Origin: a virus
Length of the DNA stretch: 64,000 bases
Direction: 5' to 3' (one strand)
Virus record (IMG/VR): IMGVR_UViG_3300045988_056969
Coordinates: 46,751-110,750 of that record
Of the stretch, positions 49,236 through 59,579 are shown one piece after another. The translations under genes and the position numbers were made by a program. The notes under the pieces were generated by a model. That model was not told the origin of the DNA. It saw nothing but the letters and a program-made list of their open reading frames with translations, and ran no database searches. How positions within the stretch are numbered: the first letter of the stretch is position 1; every line of letters begins with the position of its first letter.

Positions 49236-49579
49236 TGTATCTAGTAATATGCACTGTGATGGTAATCATCACGGTGCTTATCTTGAAAGATACCCATGTA
49301 ACCGTTTATTACAATGGGTATAGCAGAAGTGTGGCACTTATAGAAGAAGACTATGACCTTAAAGTTCCAGTGTGGCTAGTTTTAGTAATACTAATCCTAG
49401 GATTTATCCCAGTACTGAACATTATGCTATACACAGTAGGATATTTATTCTATATAGTTCATGCTGTGTGGAATCCAGATAAGTTGTCTGGATATACACA
49501 TAAGTTCAATCTAAGAGGAAATAATTTTCTAACTAGAATAGTGAAGAAGATATGGAAATTCTTAAATGTATGTGTATAA
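49232..49579 (+). CDS. Small membrane protein
   Basis: ORF track; 2 TM helices. Confidence 0.4.
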   Translation: MMYLVICTVMVIITVLILKDTHVTVYYNGYSRSVALIEEDYDLKVPVWLVLVILILGFIPVLNIMLYTVGYLFYIVHAVWNPDKLSGYTHKFNLRGNNFLTRIVKKIWKFLNVCV

Positions 49580-50076
49580 CACTGAAACATCTTAGGCGAA
49601 TACTTAGACATAAGTTTTGGGTAGCTTATTACTGTTTTCAGTTAGGTTTATACAAACAGGGCATCTTGCACGACTTATCTAAATTCGGATGGTATGAGTT
49701 CTCTCGTTCTGTAAAATTTTACGATGATAACACATCTCCCTTAAACAAGGAAAAAGAAATTCTAGGATATTCTAGGTCTTATTTACATCACAGAGGAAGA
49801 AATCCACACCATTATGAATACTGGGTAACTAAGCTAGACATTGGCGGTGTTCCAGTGAAGATGCCTAAAGAGTATGCTCTAGAATTGGTATGCGATTATC
49901 TGGCTGCTGGTAAAGTATACAACGGTAATAGTTTTCAAGGAGAATATAACTGGTGGATTAAGTATATAAATTCTCCTAGGGCTATCCATCCAGAAACGAA
50001 GGAATTTATCACTCAGTGTTTTAAGAATTTAGCTAGTGGTAAAGGCATGAAAAGTTTATTAACAATTAGTTATTAA
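49552..50076 (+). CDS. Hypothetical protein with HD-like His/Asp motifs (LHDLSKF...HHRGRNPHH)
   Basis: ORF track; motif-level resemblance only. Confidence 0.3.
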   Translation: MEILKCMCITLKHLRRILRHKFWVAYYCFQLGLYKQGILHDLSKFGWYEFSRSVKFYDDNTSPLNKEKEILGYSRSYLHHRGRNPHHYEYWVTKLDIGGVPVKMPKEYALELVCDYLAAGKVYNGNSFQGEYNWWIKYINSPRAIHPETKEFITQCFKNLASGKGMKSLLTISY

Positions 50077-50089
50077 AATAATTTTTAGA

Positions 50090-50839
50090 ATGGAAATAAT
50101 TAATGCTACAGATGGTTACAAGTTGGGCCATCACAGAATGTACCCCGAAGGTACTGAACAAGTTTATAGTAACTGGACTCCTAGAAGTAATAAATACTTC
50201 CCAGAAGCAACCGAAGGTTCAGTAGTATTTGGTATTCAATACCTAATCAAAGAATATCTCATTAAACAGTTTGAGAAAAACTTCTTTAATCTACCAAAGA
50301 AGGAAGCTGTGGAGATGTTCTATCGTAGAGTAAACAACTTTGTTGGTATTGAATCCGTTGGGTACAGACATATTGAAGCTTTATATGACCTTGGGTATCT
50401 ACCAATTCGCATAAAGGCTCTTCCTGAAGGTTCTGTGTGCCCTATTCGGGTTCCCATGATGACCATTACAAATACTCTACCCGAGTTCTTTTGGTTAACT
50501 AACTACTTAGAGACTATTATCAGCTGTACCTTGTGGATGCCATGCACATCTGCTACTAGAGCTAGGCTTTATAAGAAAGAGCTACATCGTCATGCTTGCA
50601 AGACTGGTTTTCCAACAGATGTAAATCTTGGTTTTTGTTGTCATGATTTCTCAATGCGAGGTATGGCGGGAATGGAAGCCGCAATTATATCTGGTATGGC
50701 GCATATGACTTCTTTTGTGGGAAGTGAAACTATTCCAGCTATTGCTGCTTTGGAAGAATATTATGGAGCTAATTCAGACTATGAAATCTTAAAATATGTA
50801 GTAGATGAAATTAAACTTAATCAACAAGGAAATCAGTGA
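50090..50839 (+). CDS. Nicotinamide phosphoribosyltransferase (NAMPT/NadV)-like, N-terminal half only (249 aa): truncated, or frameshifted against the next ORF
   Basis: NATDGYKLGHHRMYP (ATDSYKVTHYKQYP), ...EFFWLTNYLETI..., HDFSMRGMAGMEAA...EEYYG collinear with NAMPT residues 1-245; ORF ends inside the Prs-like gene start. Confidence 0.55.
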   Translation: MEIINATDGYKLGHHRMYPEGTEQVYSNWTPRSNKYFPEATEGSVVFGIQYLIKEYLIKQFEKNFFNLPKKEAVEMFYRRVNNFVGIESVGYRHIEALYDLGYLPIRIKALPEGSVCPIRVPMMTITNTLPEFFWLTNYLETIISCTLWMPCTSATRARLYKKELHRHACKTGFPTDVNLGFCCHDFSMRGMAGMEAAIISGMAHMTSFVGSETIPAIAALEEYYGANSDYEILKYVVDEIKLNQQGNQ

Positions 50840-51614
50840 AATTAAGTACGATGTTACTAGATTTCCTGATGGAGAGCCTCAGTTTTTCCTTACTGAGGAA
50901 TTAAACAGAAAGGAATCTATTGATGTCATTTGTAGAATATCTAATACTGAGGATTTATTCCTCTTAGTGCAAGTAGGAGATATTTTAGATAGACAAGAAG
51001 TAGAATGGGATTTACACATTACTTATTTAATGTCTATGCGTATGGATAGAGTAATGAGTTTTAATCGTCCATTCTCCTTGAAAGTAGTATGTAATATGTT
51101 AAATAGCTTAGGCTATAGAAACATATATGTTCTTGAGGCACATTCTAGTAGAACTTTTCATCTTCTTGGTGACAGATGTTTACCTTGGGAATTTGGACAC
51201 CACTCTTGGATTCCAGCCCAAAGTAATATCGTGTTCCCAGACCATGGGGCGAAGGACAGATATGGAAGTAACTATTCTCACTATGGTTATTTAGTCTTCA
51301 AAAAGGAAAGAAATCTAGAGACTGGAAGAATTGAGTCCTTTGAAATAGAGGAGTCTAAGAATTGCTACTATTCTACATTTGTGTTCATTGATGACTTGTG
51401 TGATGCCGGAGGAACTTTCCTAGGAGAGCTTAAGGTTCTCAAAGAGAGATATCCAAATAGCAAGTTTATCATAATCGTATGTCACGCAGTTAATGATAAA
51501 GGTCTGATTAATATGTGTAATAATTTTGACCAGGTTATTGTATCTAATTCTCATAGGGATATTAATTATCGTCCCAGCAACGAGAACTTAACTGTAATAG
51601 ACGTTTGTAAATAA
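50805..51614 (+). CDS. Ribose-phosphate pyrophosphokinase (Prs)-family protein; could be an ADP-ribose pyrophosphokinase of a phage NAD-reconstitution pathway
   Basis: RFPDGE (RFSDGE), LHITYLMSMRMDR (PYFGYARQDR), FIDDLCDAGGTF (VDDMIDTGGT). Confidence 0.65.
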   Translation: MKLNLINKEISEIKYDVTRFPDGEPQFFLTEELNRKESIDVICRISNTEDLFLLVQVGDILDRQEVEWDLHITYLMSMRMDRVMSFNRPFSLKVVCNMLNSLGYRNIYVLEAHSSRTFHLLGDRCLPWEFGHHSWIPAQSNIVFPDHGAKDRYGSNYSHYGYLVFKKERNLETGRIESFEIEESKNCYYSTFVFIDDLCDAGGTFLGELKVLKERYPNSKFIIIVCHAVNDKGLINMCNNFDQVIVSNSHRDINYRPSNENLTVIDVCK

Positions 51615-51624
51615 CAAAATAAAA

Positions 51625-51927
51625 ATGGTAATTGAAGGTCCTTTTTACAGACTTACTCCCATTAGTGAATCTTCTCCGAGGTTTGACTTGGAATTGTTGT
51701 ATGATATTGGTGGGAAAAATCCGAGAAAAGAATTTAAAGTGGAAGGCTATGGCTATCCCCTAGAAGCTGCTATAGAGCGATGTCGCCATTATGCAGTAAG
51801 AAAAAAGTTCGGAAAAGATGAAGTTATAACTTTAGGTAGGTACTTAGATGAGTTTAAAAAGGCAAAGGAGGAAATTAAACTCGAAGTCTCAGGAGATTCA
51901 GGAGATTCTAGCGGAGAGGCTGAATAA
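51625..51927 (+). CDS. Hypothetical protein
   Basis: ORF track. Confidence 0.4.
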   Translation: MVIEGPFYRLTPISESSPRFDLELLYDIGGKNPRKEFKVEGYGYPLEAAIERCRHYAVRKKFGKDEVITLGRYLDEFKKAKEEIKLEVSGDSGDSSGEAE

Positions 51928-52321
51928 GCTTTGTAGATTCTTAGATGAGGAATATGACGTTAATTGTGGAGGGTGTTGCTATATAGCATACTGTCTAGCT
52001 AGGCTACTAAGTAGAGATAAATTCAAGTTCAAAGTCATTATTTACGAGGATTATGAACTAGAAGAAAAGTTTAGCGAAGTAGCGAGAAGTCATTATCATT
52101 ATGCGATTTCTATTGGAAAGTACACCATAAACGCAGCAGATTGTGATGATGACGATAGCTTTTGCAGAAATGTGTATACTGGCGTAAAAGCTTCCGAACT
52201 ACTATCTCACTATCAGAAATGTAGCTGGAATGACTGTTATAATACTCAAAAGAATCAATTCATTTTTAAGACTATAAAGGTGTTTTATGACGACCTCACG
52301 GAGGACTTACGAGAAGGATAA
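51848..52321 (+). CDS. Hypothetical Cys-rich protein
   Basis: ORF track. Confidence 0.4.
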   Translation: MSLKRQRRKLNSKSQEIQEILAERLNKLCRFLDEEYDVNCGGCCYIAYCLARLLSRDKFKFKVIIYEDYELEEKFSEVARSHYHYAISIGKYTINAADCDDDDSFCRNVYTGVKASELLSHYQKCSWNDCYNTQKNQFIFKTIKVFYDDLTEDLREG

Positions 52322-52551
52322 ACAAATTGTGCATACGCACGATAAGTTTATCTACTGTAGTTCAGTATATCAAATATGGAGCTGGGGAGCTGCTCTAATG
52401 GAAGAAAAATACTACTCTTCTAATAAACCTATTGTATTGAAAAAGAATCAACTATGTTGTAAGAGGAAGAAGTACTCTTTGCATAGATTCTTTGAATTAC
52501 AATTTGCTCCCGAAGAATATTTAATTAATAACGGTTTTAAAATTGTAGAAA

Positions 52552-53136
52552 ATGAAACAGGATGTGATTGAGTACATGGTAGACTCATTTGTAGACTTTA
52601 AGGGTGAAGAACGTAAAATTGTAGCTTGTGCTTTAAGTCAGGCTGCTGAAGTAAGTGAGGATGATTGTGTCTTAGCAGTAGGTTGGGTAGCTCCCGATGA
52701 ATACATATGCACAAATGATCCGGACTATGCTAGAATCTGTAGAGTAGTAACCGTTGGTATTGCAGTATGTAATCCTAGTGATACCTTCGATTTGGCTAAG
52801 GGACAGAAGAAGGCTTACGATAAGGCTCTTCATGATCCAAAGTGTCCAGCTATTTATACTACATCTAGAGGTGTAGCAGGTAAAGTGCTGGTAAAAGCAT
52901 TCTTGGAACAGGAGCTTACTTTCTTGAAAGAAAATCCAGAGCGTATCATTAAGGGGTATAACCAAATGAAAGCTCGATTCGAAAGAAAAGAAGCCCTCAA
53001 GAACGAAATCAAAAATCTCTCTGATAAAGAGAAGCAAGCTTTGAATCTAGCTAAAGAAGGTATAGATGTAGTTAAATGCGCTGAACTGGTAACTAAAGCC
53101 AAGGCAATAGGCGTTGAGCTAAATGAACAGGACTAA
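52552..53136 (+). CDS. Hypothetical protein
   Basis: ORF track. Confidence 0.45.
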   Translation: MKQDVIEYMVDSFVDFKGEERKIVACALSQAAEVSEDDCVLAVGWVAPDEYICTNDPDYARICRVVTVGIAVCNPSDTFDLAKGQKKAYDKALHDPKCPAIYTTSRGVAGKVLVKAFLEQELTFLKENPERIIKGYNQMKARFERKEALKNEIKNLSDKEKQALNLAKEGIDVVKCAELVTKAKAIGVELNEQD

Positions 53137-53318
53137 GTTTTGCTATATCTTAATAGCCTTGATGGGATTGCTAATTATTTATTTGCTAATACCTAAGAAG
53201 GAAACCGCAGTTTCTCCGCCTAATGTGCAGGAAATAGTAAGGGATTCTATAATTAGAGATAGCATCTATATAGTTAACGATTCCATCGTGGAGAAAATTA
53301 AGTATATAGACAAAGAGT

Positions 53319-53693
53319 ATGATGAGAAAGTATCTACTATTATGTCTAGTTCTGATAGCATCAATTTGTGCTTTTTCTCAGAATACATCGACCGTTACAA
53401 TAACCAGCGAGCAACTAAAAACAACTAATCTGATATTTGCTGAGCATCAGAAGTTGTCTGAAACTGTTCCGTTATTGAATAAGCGAATAACTAATCTAGA
53501 ACTAATAAATAAGAGTTGGGAAAAAACGGATTCTCTTCGTAGAGTTCAGTTACTGTATTATGGAAACATAATTGAAGATAAAAATAGATCTATTGAAGGT
53601 CTTAATAAGTCTTTAAAAAAGAAGCAGAATGTCATTAAATATGGCACTGCTGGTTCATGTGTATTAATATTATTATGCCTATTACTGAAGTAA
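53319..53693 (+). CDS. Secreted/membrane-anchored coiled-coil protein
   Basis: ORF track; signal-like N-terminus and C-terminal hydrophobic tail. Confidence 0.35.
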   Translation: MMRKYLLLCLVLIASICAFSQNTSTVTITSEQLKTTNLIFAEHQKLSETVPLLNKRITNLELINKSWEKTDSLRRVQLLYYGNIIEDKNRSIEGLNKSLKKKQNVIKYGTAGSCVLILLCLLLK

Positions 53694-53847
53694 TGTTTAA
53701 GGACAAAGATGGTTTTCACTACAAACATCCTGAACGTAGCTGCACTAGGTGTAAGAATTACCCTTGCTTGCCTAACATGGATAAGCTGCAAGGAGACTTC
53801 GCTTCTTATGGTTGTAGGAAGTTCAAGGATATTAATACATTTGAAGT

Positions 53848-54171
53848 GTGGAAACCAAAGAAGTAACTTACCATGTCAAATTTGTTGCTGAATGTGAGGA
53901 CGGGATGGGATACGCTAATTATGTCTTTGAAAGGCTAGAATATGATAATCTAGATTACAAGGATATAATGTGTGTTCGATTCCCGAATTGGAACCAGTGT
54001 TCTATGAAATTAGGAGATGTCGGCTATGTTTCACTAAGATACGTAGAAGAAGGCATCGATAAATGGTACGATGGTAAAGATTTTGTTCCATACAAGGATA
54101 GTAATATAATTTTCTTGAAATTTATTCATGAAAAGCCTATCATTGAAGATGGACAAATATTATTAGATTAA
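53848..54171 (+). CDS. Hypothetical protein
   Basis: ORF track. Confidence 0.4.
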   Translation: METKEVTYHVKFVAECEDGMGYANYVFERLEYDNLDYKDIMCVRFPNWNQCSMKLGDVGYVSLRYVEEGIDKWYDGKDFVPYKDSNIIFLKFIHEKPIIEDGQILLD

Positions 54172-54215
54172 CATTAAAAAGGAGATAAACTATGAGTATT
54201 TTTAAAGAATAATTT

Positions 54216-55079
54216 ATGACTGTATTAGGAGATAAGCTGAGAGAGGCTTTGAGCGATAAAGCAAACGACGTTAATAGCTATGTATGGAAAGGACCTAAGG
54301 TAAATGGGGTCCAGGAGGAAATTAAATTGGTAGACGCAGGTTATGACCAGCTAAGACGATTCTACAATCATTGTGAACAAATGTTGTACAACTCTGATAC
54401 CAAGAATCCGGGTCGTGTAACATTACTCGGAATTGTGTCCGACCAAATACAAAGATGTCGTGCAGAGCTTCTTATTAGATGGCTTAGAGCTGAAAAGCAA
54501 TACACAAACACACGTTGTTTGGAAGACTTGAAAGCTGTTATCAAAAACAATAAGGAAGTGTTAACTAATGAGGCTATTAAGGTCTATCCAATTGGAGAGA
54601 TTCTTAATGGAATCCCTGTAGAGTTTAGAGAAGTACCAGTAAGTTTAGTTATGGATGCTTGTTTAGATTCCTTGGGATTGTTTGACAACTCTCATTTGAC
54701 GCTTAACTTCATTGTAAAAATGGGACTGTGGTTTACACAGCAAGAAATGCAGAAAGACTTGTATCGTAAAGACCCAGTGACAGGTAAAGCTGTTAACAGA
54801 CTGTTAGTAGTAAGTAAGGAACTTCGTTTGAATCCTTCTATAGCTCTGAAAATCTGTGATACTGGATTAAGTTATGCTGAGTTTAGATCTATGTGTAGAT
54901 TGAAACGAGATAAATATGCTAACTTAACTAGTGATCAGCTCAGACTGCTATCAAACAAAGTTCTTTATCGCTTCCAAAATCAATGCGAGAACCAGGCTAA
55001 ACAATGGAAGGATAAGATGGAAGAAATCAAGAAAGTTGCAGAACTTAAAGGATGGGACATCACTAGGAATATAGATTGA
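54216..55079 (+). CDS. Hypothetical protein (287 aa)
   Basis: ORF track. Confidence 0.5.
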   Translation: MTVLGDKLREALSDKANDVNSYVWKGPKVNGVQEEIKLVDAGYDQLRRFYNHCEQMLYNSDTKNPGRVTLLGIVSDQIQRCRAELLIRWLRAEKQYTNTRCLEDLKAVIKNNKEVLTNEAIKVYPIGEILNGIPVEFREVPVSLVMDACLDSLGLFDNSHLTLNFIVKMGLWFTQQEMQKDLYRKDPVTGKAVNRLLVVSKELRLNPSIALKICDTGLSYAEFRSMCRLKRDKYANLTSDQLRLLSNKVLYRFQNQCENQAKQWKDKMEEIKKVAELKGWDITRNID

Positions 55080-56353
55080 TGAAAGACCTCTTTACTCCTG
55101 TTACTCGTGACGAGCGGCAGGAGCAATGTAAGAGAGCCTGGTTATTACATAAAGGAAGAGGCACCATAGAAGCCTGTACAGGCTTTGGTAAAACACGATG
55201 TGCTATTAATTGTTTAAAGGCTGTTCTATCTAAATATCCTACTATTAGAGCATTGGTAGTAGTCCCCACGGAACTTTTAAAGAATCAGTGGGTAGATATA
55301 TTAGATAAGGAAGGTCTAGGGTTAAATACAGAGGTGCAAGTTGTAAATACTACAGCAAAGAATGGATACGAATGTGACTTTTTAATCATTGATGAAATCC
55401 ATAGAACTGCTGCTGAGACTTTACAATTTGTATTTAGTAAGGTTAAATACAAGTTAATTCTTGGACTAACTGCTACTCTGGAAAGACTTGACGGTAGACA
55501 TACTATAGTCGAGAAATATTGCCCTGTAGTTGATAGTGTAACTATTGAAGTAGCCAAAGCCAATGGTTGGGTATCTGATTTTACTGAATATCAAGTAATT
55601 ATCACAGCAGAAGACATCGAAAGCTATCGAGAGCAAAATAGGGAATTTATAAGACATTTTGAATTCTTTAACTTTGATTTTAGACTCGCAATGAGTATGG
55701 TTGGTAAAGACGGCCTCAGAAATAGGCTTAATTACAGAAATCAGATTTGTAGTAGTTCGGATAAAGCTGAGCTGTCTAATGCTTTGAAGCAGATTACCTT
55801 TCATTCTACGGCTTTTATGAGAGCTTTACAAGCTAGAAAAAAGTTTATCCATAATCATCCGGCTAAATTAGAAGTGGCTAGGGAGATTATTGCTCACAGA
55901 GCAGACAAGAAAATTATTACATTCTCTGCCAACACTGCAATGGCAGAGAAGATAGGAGTAGGATATGTTTACACTGGCAAAGAAAGTAAAAAACAAAACA
56001 GAATTACACTTGAGGAGTTCGCCCTACTAGACAAGGGCGTAATTAATAGCTGTAAATTGGCTATTGAAGGTTTTGATTGTCCCGGTCTATCGGTCGGGAT
56101 AATGCTTGGAGTTGACTCTAGTAGCACAAAAAGCACTCAAGCCGCTGGTAGGGTCATTAGAAAAGAAGGTTCTAAATACTCTGAAATATTCACATTAGTG
56201 CTAGAAGATACCGTTGAACAAGAATGGTTTAAGAAGTCTCATCAAAAGAGCGAGTATGTTACTATTGATGTAGATAACTTACGAAAGTTACTTAATGGAG
56301 AGCCTTGGGAACCTTACAAGAAAAAATTGCAGAATTTTACCTATCGTTTTTAA
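55076..56353 (+). CDS. Superfamily-2 DNA helicase (DEAD/DEAH-box type)
   Basis: Motif I ACTGFGKT, II DEIH, III TAT, VI QAAGRVIRK. Confidence 0.8.
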   Translation: MMKDLFTPVTRDERQEQCKRAWLLHKGRGTIEACTGFGKTRCAINCLKAVLSKYPTIRALVVVPTELLKNQWVDILDKEGLGLNTEVQVVNTTAKNGYECDFLIIDEIHRTAAETLQFVFSKVKYKLILGLTATLERLDGRHTIVEKYCPVVDSVTIEVAKANGWVSDFTEYQVIITAEDIESYREQNREFIRHFEFFNFDFRLAMSMVGKDGLRNRLNYRNQICSSSDKAELSNALKQITFHSTAFMRALQARKKFIHNHPAKLEVAREIIAHRADKKIITFSANTAMAEKIGVGYVYTGKESKKQNRITLEEFALLDKGVINSCKLAIEGFDCPGLSVGIMLGVDSSSTKSTQAAGRVIRKEGSKYSEIFTLVLEDTVEQEWFKKSHQKSEYVTIDVDNLRKLLNGEPWEPYKKKLQNFTYRF

Positions 56354-56355
56354 TT

Positions 56356-56523
56356 ATGGAAACTTATTACACTAAAAAAGAGTTTAATGAGATGAAGTCT
56401 GCTTTGACTAAGAAGTGCAAAGCATTGGAAACTAAAGTTAGTAAGCTTACTGCTGAATTGAAGGAATTAAAGAAGGACTATGCAGTACTTCTTGAAACTG
56501 CCAGCGAAAAAGTTGAGGACTAA
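56356..56523 (+). CDS. Small coiled-coil protein
   Basis: Track ORF 56305-56523 trimmed to the ATG after the helicase stop. Confidence 0.35.
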   Translation: METYYTKKEFNEMKSALTKKCKALETKVSKLTAELKELKKDYAVLLETASEKVED

Positions 56524-56610
56524 AGTTTATCACGTAACCAAGTTTTAACGCTTTAACAAGTAAACTAGACTTGGTGTATAGATTAGTAGAAAATCTATTA
56601 ATTTGTACAC

Positions 56611-57216
56611 GTGAAAAATCTTGAACTGAAACAGCAACTTTTGTTTTGTGAAAAATATAGCATAAACCCAAGTGAGCTGTTGTTGTTAGAAATTCTTCTT
56701 ATCGCCCAAGAGGGTGATGAACCCGAAATTGTCCACGAGTATTTCTCTTCTAGAGTATGCGCTCGTGGTTTTACAATAGAACTATTAACTGGACTTCGCG
56801 ATGCTGGAGTTATTCATAAATCCTATAAGATTCCTGAGAAAGGGTCTGTATTTAACCCACTAGATGTTCCTCTAAATAAGTTAGTTGTGAAAGACTTTTA
56901 TAAGTGTTCATTCGACTTAGGTAAGGAATTGTGGGATACTTATCCATTATTTGGAATAGTTAATAATACACAAGTGGGTCTGAAAAGCGTATCTAAGAAA
57001 TTTGATACAATTGAAGACTTCTATAGGTTTTATGGTAAAACTATCAGATGGAAGCCAGAAACTCATAACCATATTATAGAGTTAGTTAAGTGGGCTAATG
57101 AACACAATATATTGTGTACCACAATAGCTAATTTTGTAATAGACCATAAGTGGGAAGAACTAGAGGCATTAAAGAATGAAGGCGGAGTTAATTATGATTC
57201 TATGAGATTACTATGA
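56611..57216 (+). CDS. Hypothetical protein, replication-module
   Basis: ORF track. Confidence 0.45.
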   Translation: MKNLELKQQLLFCEKYSINPSELLLLEILLIAQEGDEPEIVHEYFSSRVCARGFTIELLTGLRDAGVIHKSYKIPEKGSVFNPLDVPLNKLVVKDFYKCSFDLGKELWDTYPLFGIVNNTQVGLKSVSKKFDTIEDFYRFYGKTIRWKPETHNHIIELVKWANEHNILCTTIANFVIDHKWEELEALKNEGGVNYDSMRLL

Positions 57217-58307
57217 TTTCTGATAAACTTCTCAATGAAATTGATAGAGGTAGACAGGGACTAAATCATGGTATTTCTATGAAACTTCCTAAGCTAGAGA
57301 GTATTATTGATGGAGTTACTAGGGAAACCTATACTTTAATTCTATCAAACTCTGGTGCAGGTAAGACTTCGTTTGCCTTATATGCTTATGTATATCGACC
57401 ACTAATGGAACATCTTGATGATGATGATTTTAAGGTATTGTATTTCAGTCTTGAAATGGGAGAAGTAGCTTTGTATATTAAGCTGTTATCCATATATATA
57501 TTTGAGACCTATGGAATCCAACTATCTTTTAAGAAGATATTGTCAAGAGAAAAAGAATATATTTTATCTGATGAGCATTATGACTTAGTTAAGCAATGTA
57601 TGCCTTGGATAGATAAGATTAGTAAGAAGTTAGAAATCTATGACAAGAAGGTAACTCCGAAGAAGGTATATGCCATCTTGAAAACTAGGTTGGAGGAAAT
57701 GGGAACCTTTTCTGAAAGTGAAACCCGCCTCGTCTATACTCCAAATAATCCTAATCTTATTTATAATGTAGTTGTAGACCATATTGGTCTTGTTGGTACA
57801 AAGCCTGATATTGATTTGTTGTCTAGCTATCTTCTTTTTCTTAGAGATAAGTGTTTTATTAGTCCTGTAGTAATACAGCAAGCTAATAGGGAGCAAGGAA
57901 ATATTGAGAGGTTTAAACAAGGCAAAAGTGCGTTTACTATTCACGATGCTAAGGATTCAGGTAATACTGTGCAAGATTGTAATATCATGATTGCATTGTA
58001 TAATCCTCACAGAGATGGATTGAAGACTTATAAACATTACAATATTGAGTATCTAGGCTCTTATTATAGGAGTATTATGGTACTTAAGAACCGATATGGG
58101 GATTGCGATGTTGAGGTTGGAGTAAACTTCTTTGGATGGATTAATATGTTCTACGAGCTGCCGAAGCCCGATGAAATTTATGATTATGAGAGATATACAA
58201 GTCCAAACTATATATTAGAAGATAATAGTTCTATTGTAGAACAGGAGCTAGATGATATTACAGAATTAGATAATTCAAATTCGAATTTTAATTTTGCATT
58301 AGAATAA
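57213..58307 (+). CDS. DnaB-like replicative helicase (C-terminal RecA-like domain)
   Basis: LNHGISMKLPKLESIIDGVTRETYTLILSNSGAGKTSFALY resembles the DnaB Walker-A region. Confidence 0.65.
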   Translation: MISDKLLNEIDRGRQGLNHGISMKLPKLESIIDGVTRETYTLILSNSGAGKTSFALYAYVYRPLMEHLDDDDFKVLYFSLEMGEVALYIKLLSIYIFETYGIQLSFKKILSREKEYILSDEHYDLVKQCMPWIDKISKKLEIYDKKVTPKKVYAILKTRLEEMGTFSESETRLVYTPNNPNLIYNVVVDHIGLVGTKPDIDLLSSYLLFLRDKCFISPVVIQQANREQGNIERFKQGKSAFTIHDAKDSGNTVQDCNIMIALYNPHRDGLKTYKHYNIEYLGSYYRSIMVLKNRYGDCDVEVGVNFFGWINMFYELPKPDEIYDYERYTSPNYILEDNSSIVEQELDDITELDNSNSNFNFALE

Positions 58308-59002
58308 TGGCTGCTGAAACAATTGCTATCGTAGGTGAATCAGGTACTGGAAAAAGTACAAGTTTAAGAAATCTTAATCCCGAAACTACTTTTATTATAA
58401 GTACTACGGGTAAACCCCTTCCCTTCCGTGCATGGAAGAAGAAGTATATTCCCATCAAAATCGAAGGAAAGAACGTGAGTGGTAACTACTATGTAAGTTC
58501 AAAGTGGGACCAAATACTGAAAATTCTTCAAATTATTGATAAGATGATGCCACACATCAAGCAGGTAATCATTGATGACTTCCAATATGTTCTCTCTTAT
58601 GAGTTCGTTGATAGAGCAACTGAAGTTGGTTATACTAAGTTTAGTGAATTAGCTCAACACGCTATGGAAATTCTGAGATATTCAGAAAAGATGAGAGAGG
58701 ATTGCAAAATGATCTTCTTGACTCACTCAGAAAATGTTGGAGACAACGTTAATCCTAAGTATGTTATCAAGACTGTTGGTAAGTTGCTGTCTGAAAAAGT
58801 AACCTTGGAAGGTTTGTTTACATATATCTTCTTTACTAAAGTAAACGAAGGAGACTCCGGTAGAATGGAGTATAAGCTTATCACTAACAATGATGGTAGC
58901 TGTGTAGCAAAGACTTCTTTGGGAATGTTTGAAGACTTAGAAATTGATAATGATTTGGATGAGATTATTAAAGTTATTGACGCTTATAACGAAGGGGAAT
59001 AA
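58307..59002 (+). CDS. P-loop ATPase (AAA_24/Sak4-like or RecA-like recombination ATPase)
   Basis: Walker A GESGTGKST at the N-terminus; about 230 aa. Confidence 0.5.
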   Translation: MAAETIAIVGESGTGKSTSLRNLNPETTFIISTTGKPLPFRAWKKKYIPIKIEGKNVSGNYYVSSKWDQILKILQIIDKMMPHIKQVIIDDFQYVLSYEFVDRATEVGYTKFSELAQHAMEILRYSEKMREDCKMIFLTHSENVGDNVNPKYVIKTVGKLLSEKVTLEGLFTYIFFTKVNEGDSGRMEYKLITNNDGSCVAKTSLGMFEDLEIDNDLDEIIKVIDAYNEGE

Positions 59003-59577
59003 TGAAATTAGACATACTGTTTCACTATGATGTGAATGAGCAAACGGGTGAAATCACCTATATTGGTAAAGAAGAAATCCATGTTGACACCGTAGCTACT
59101 AAGAAAGCTGCAAGTAGTAAATCTTCATCTGCTAAGGTAGATGAAAATCCTGAACCTATTATTACGCTTGATTCTAACAAGTTGATTTTGACCCAAGGGG
59201 CAGTAGACTTGTTACAAGTCTGTGCAGATTGTCGTGTAGACATCAAGTATAAGAAAAAGGATAAGAAGGCAGTTCCTATTATTGGAACCGATGCCGCTTT
59301 CGGAACTAAAAGTGGAAACAAGTTAACGAAGAGTAATACTGTAAGTTATAGAGGTGCAGCTAATGAAAAGCTCTCAGCTTATGGTACTACCTTTAAACTA
59401 GAGCCTACAGAGGATAAAGGAATTTATTATCTAGTAGGAGATAAGATACAGGAAGAAAACTCTGTACCTGATGAGATAATTGATATTGAGAATGAACTCG
59501 ATATAGAATCATTAGATAATATAAACATAGACGAAGATGACAAAGACTTAGAAAAATTTGATTTTAATTTGAATTAA
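59002..59577 (+). CDS. Hypothetical acidic protein
   Basis: ORF track. Confidence 0.45.
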   Translation: MKLDILFHYDVNEQTGEITYIGKEEIHVDTVATKKAASSKSSSAKVDENPEPIITLDSNKLILTQGAVDLLQVCADCRVDIKYKKKDKKAVPIIGTDAAFGTKSGNKLTKSNTVSYRGAANEKLSAYGTTFKLEPTEDKGIYYLVGDKIQEENSVPDEIIDIENELDIESLDNINIDEDDKDLEKFDFNLN

Positions 59578-59579
59578 TT

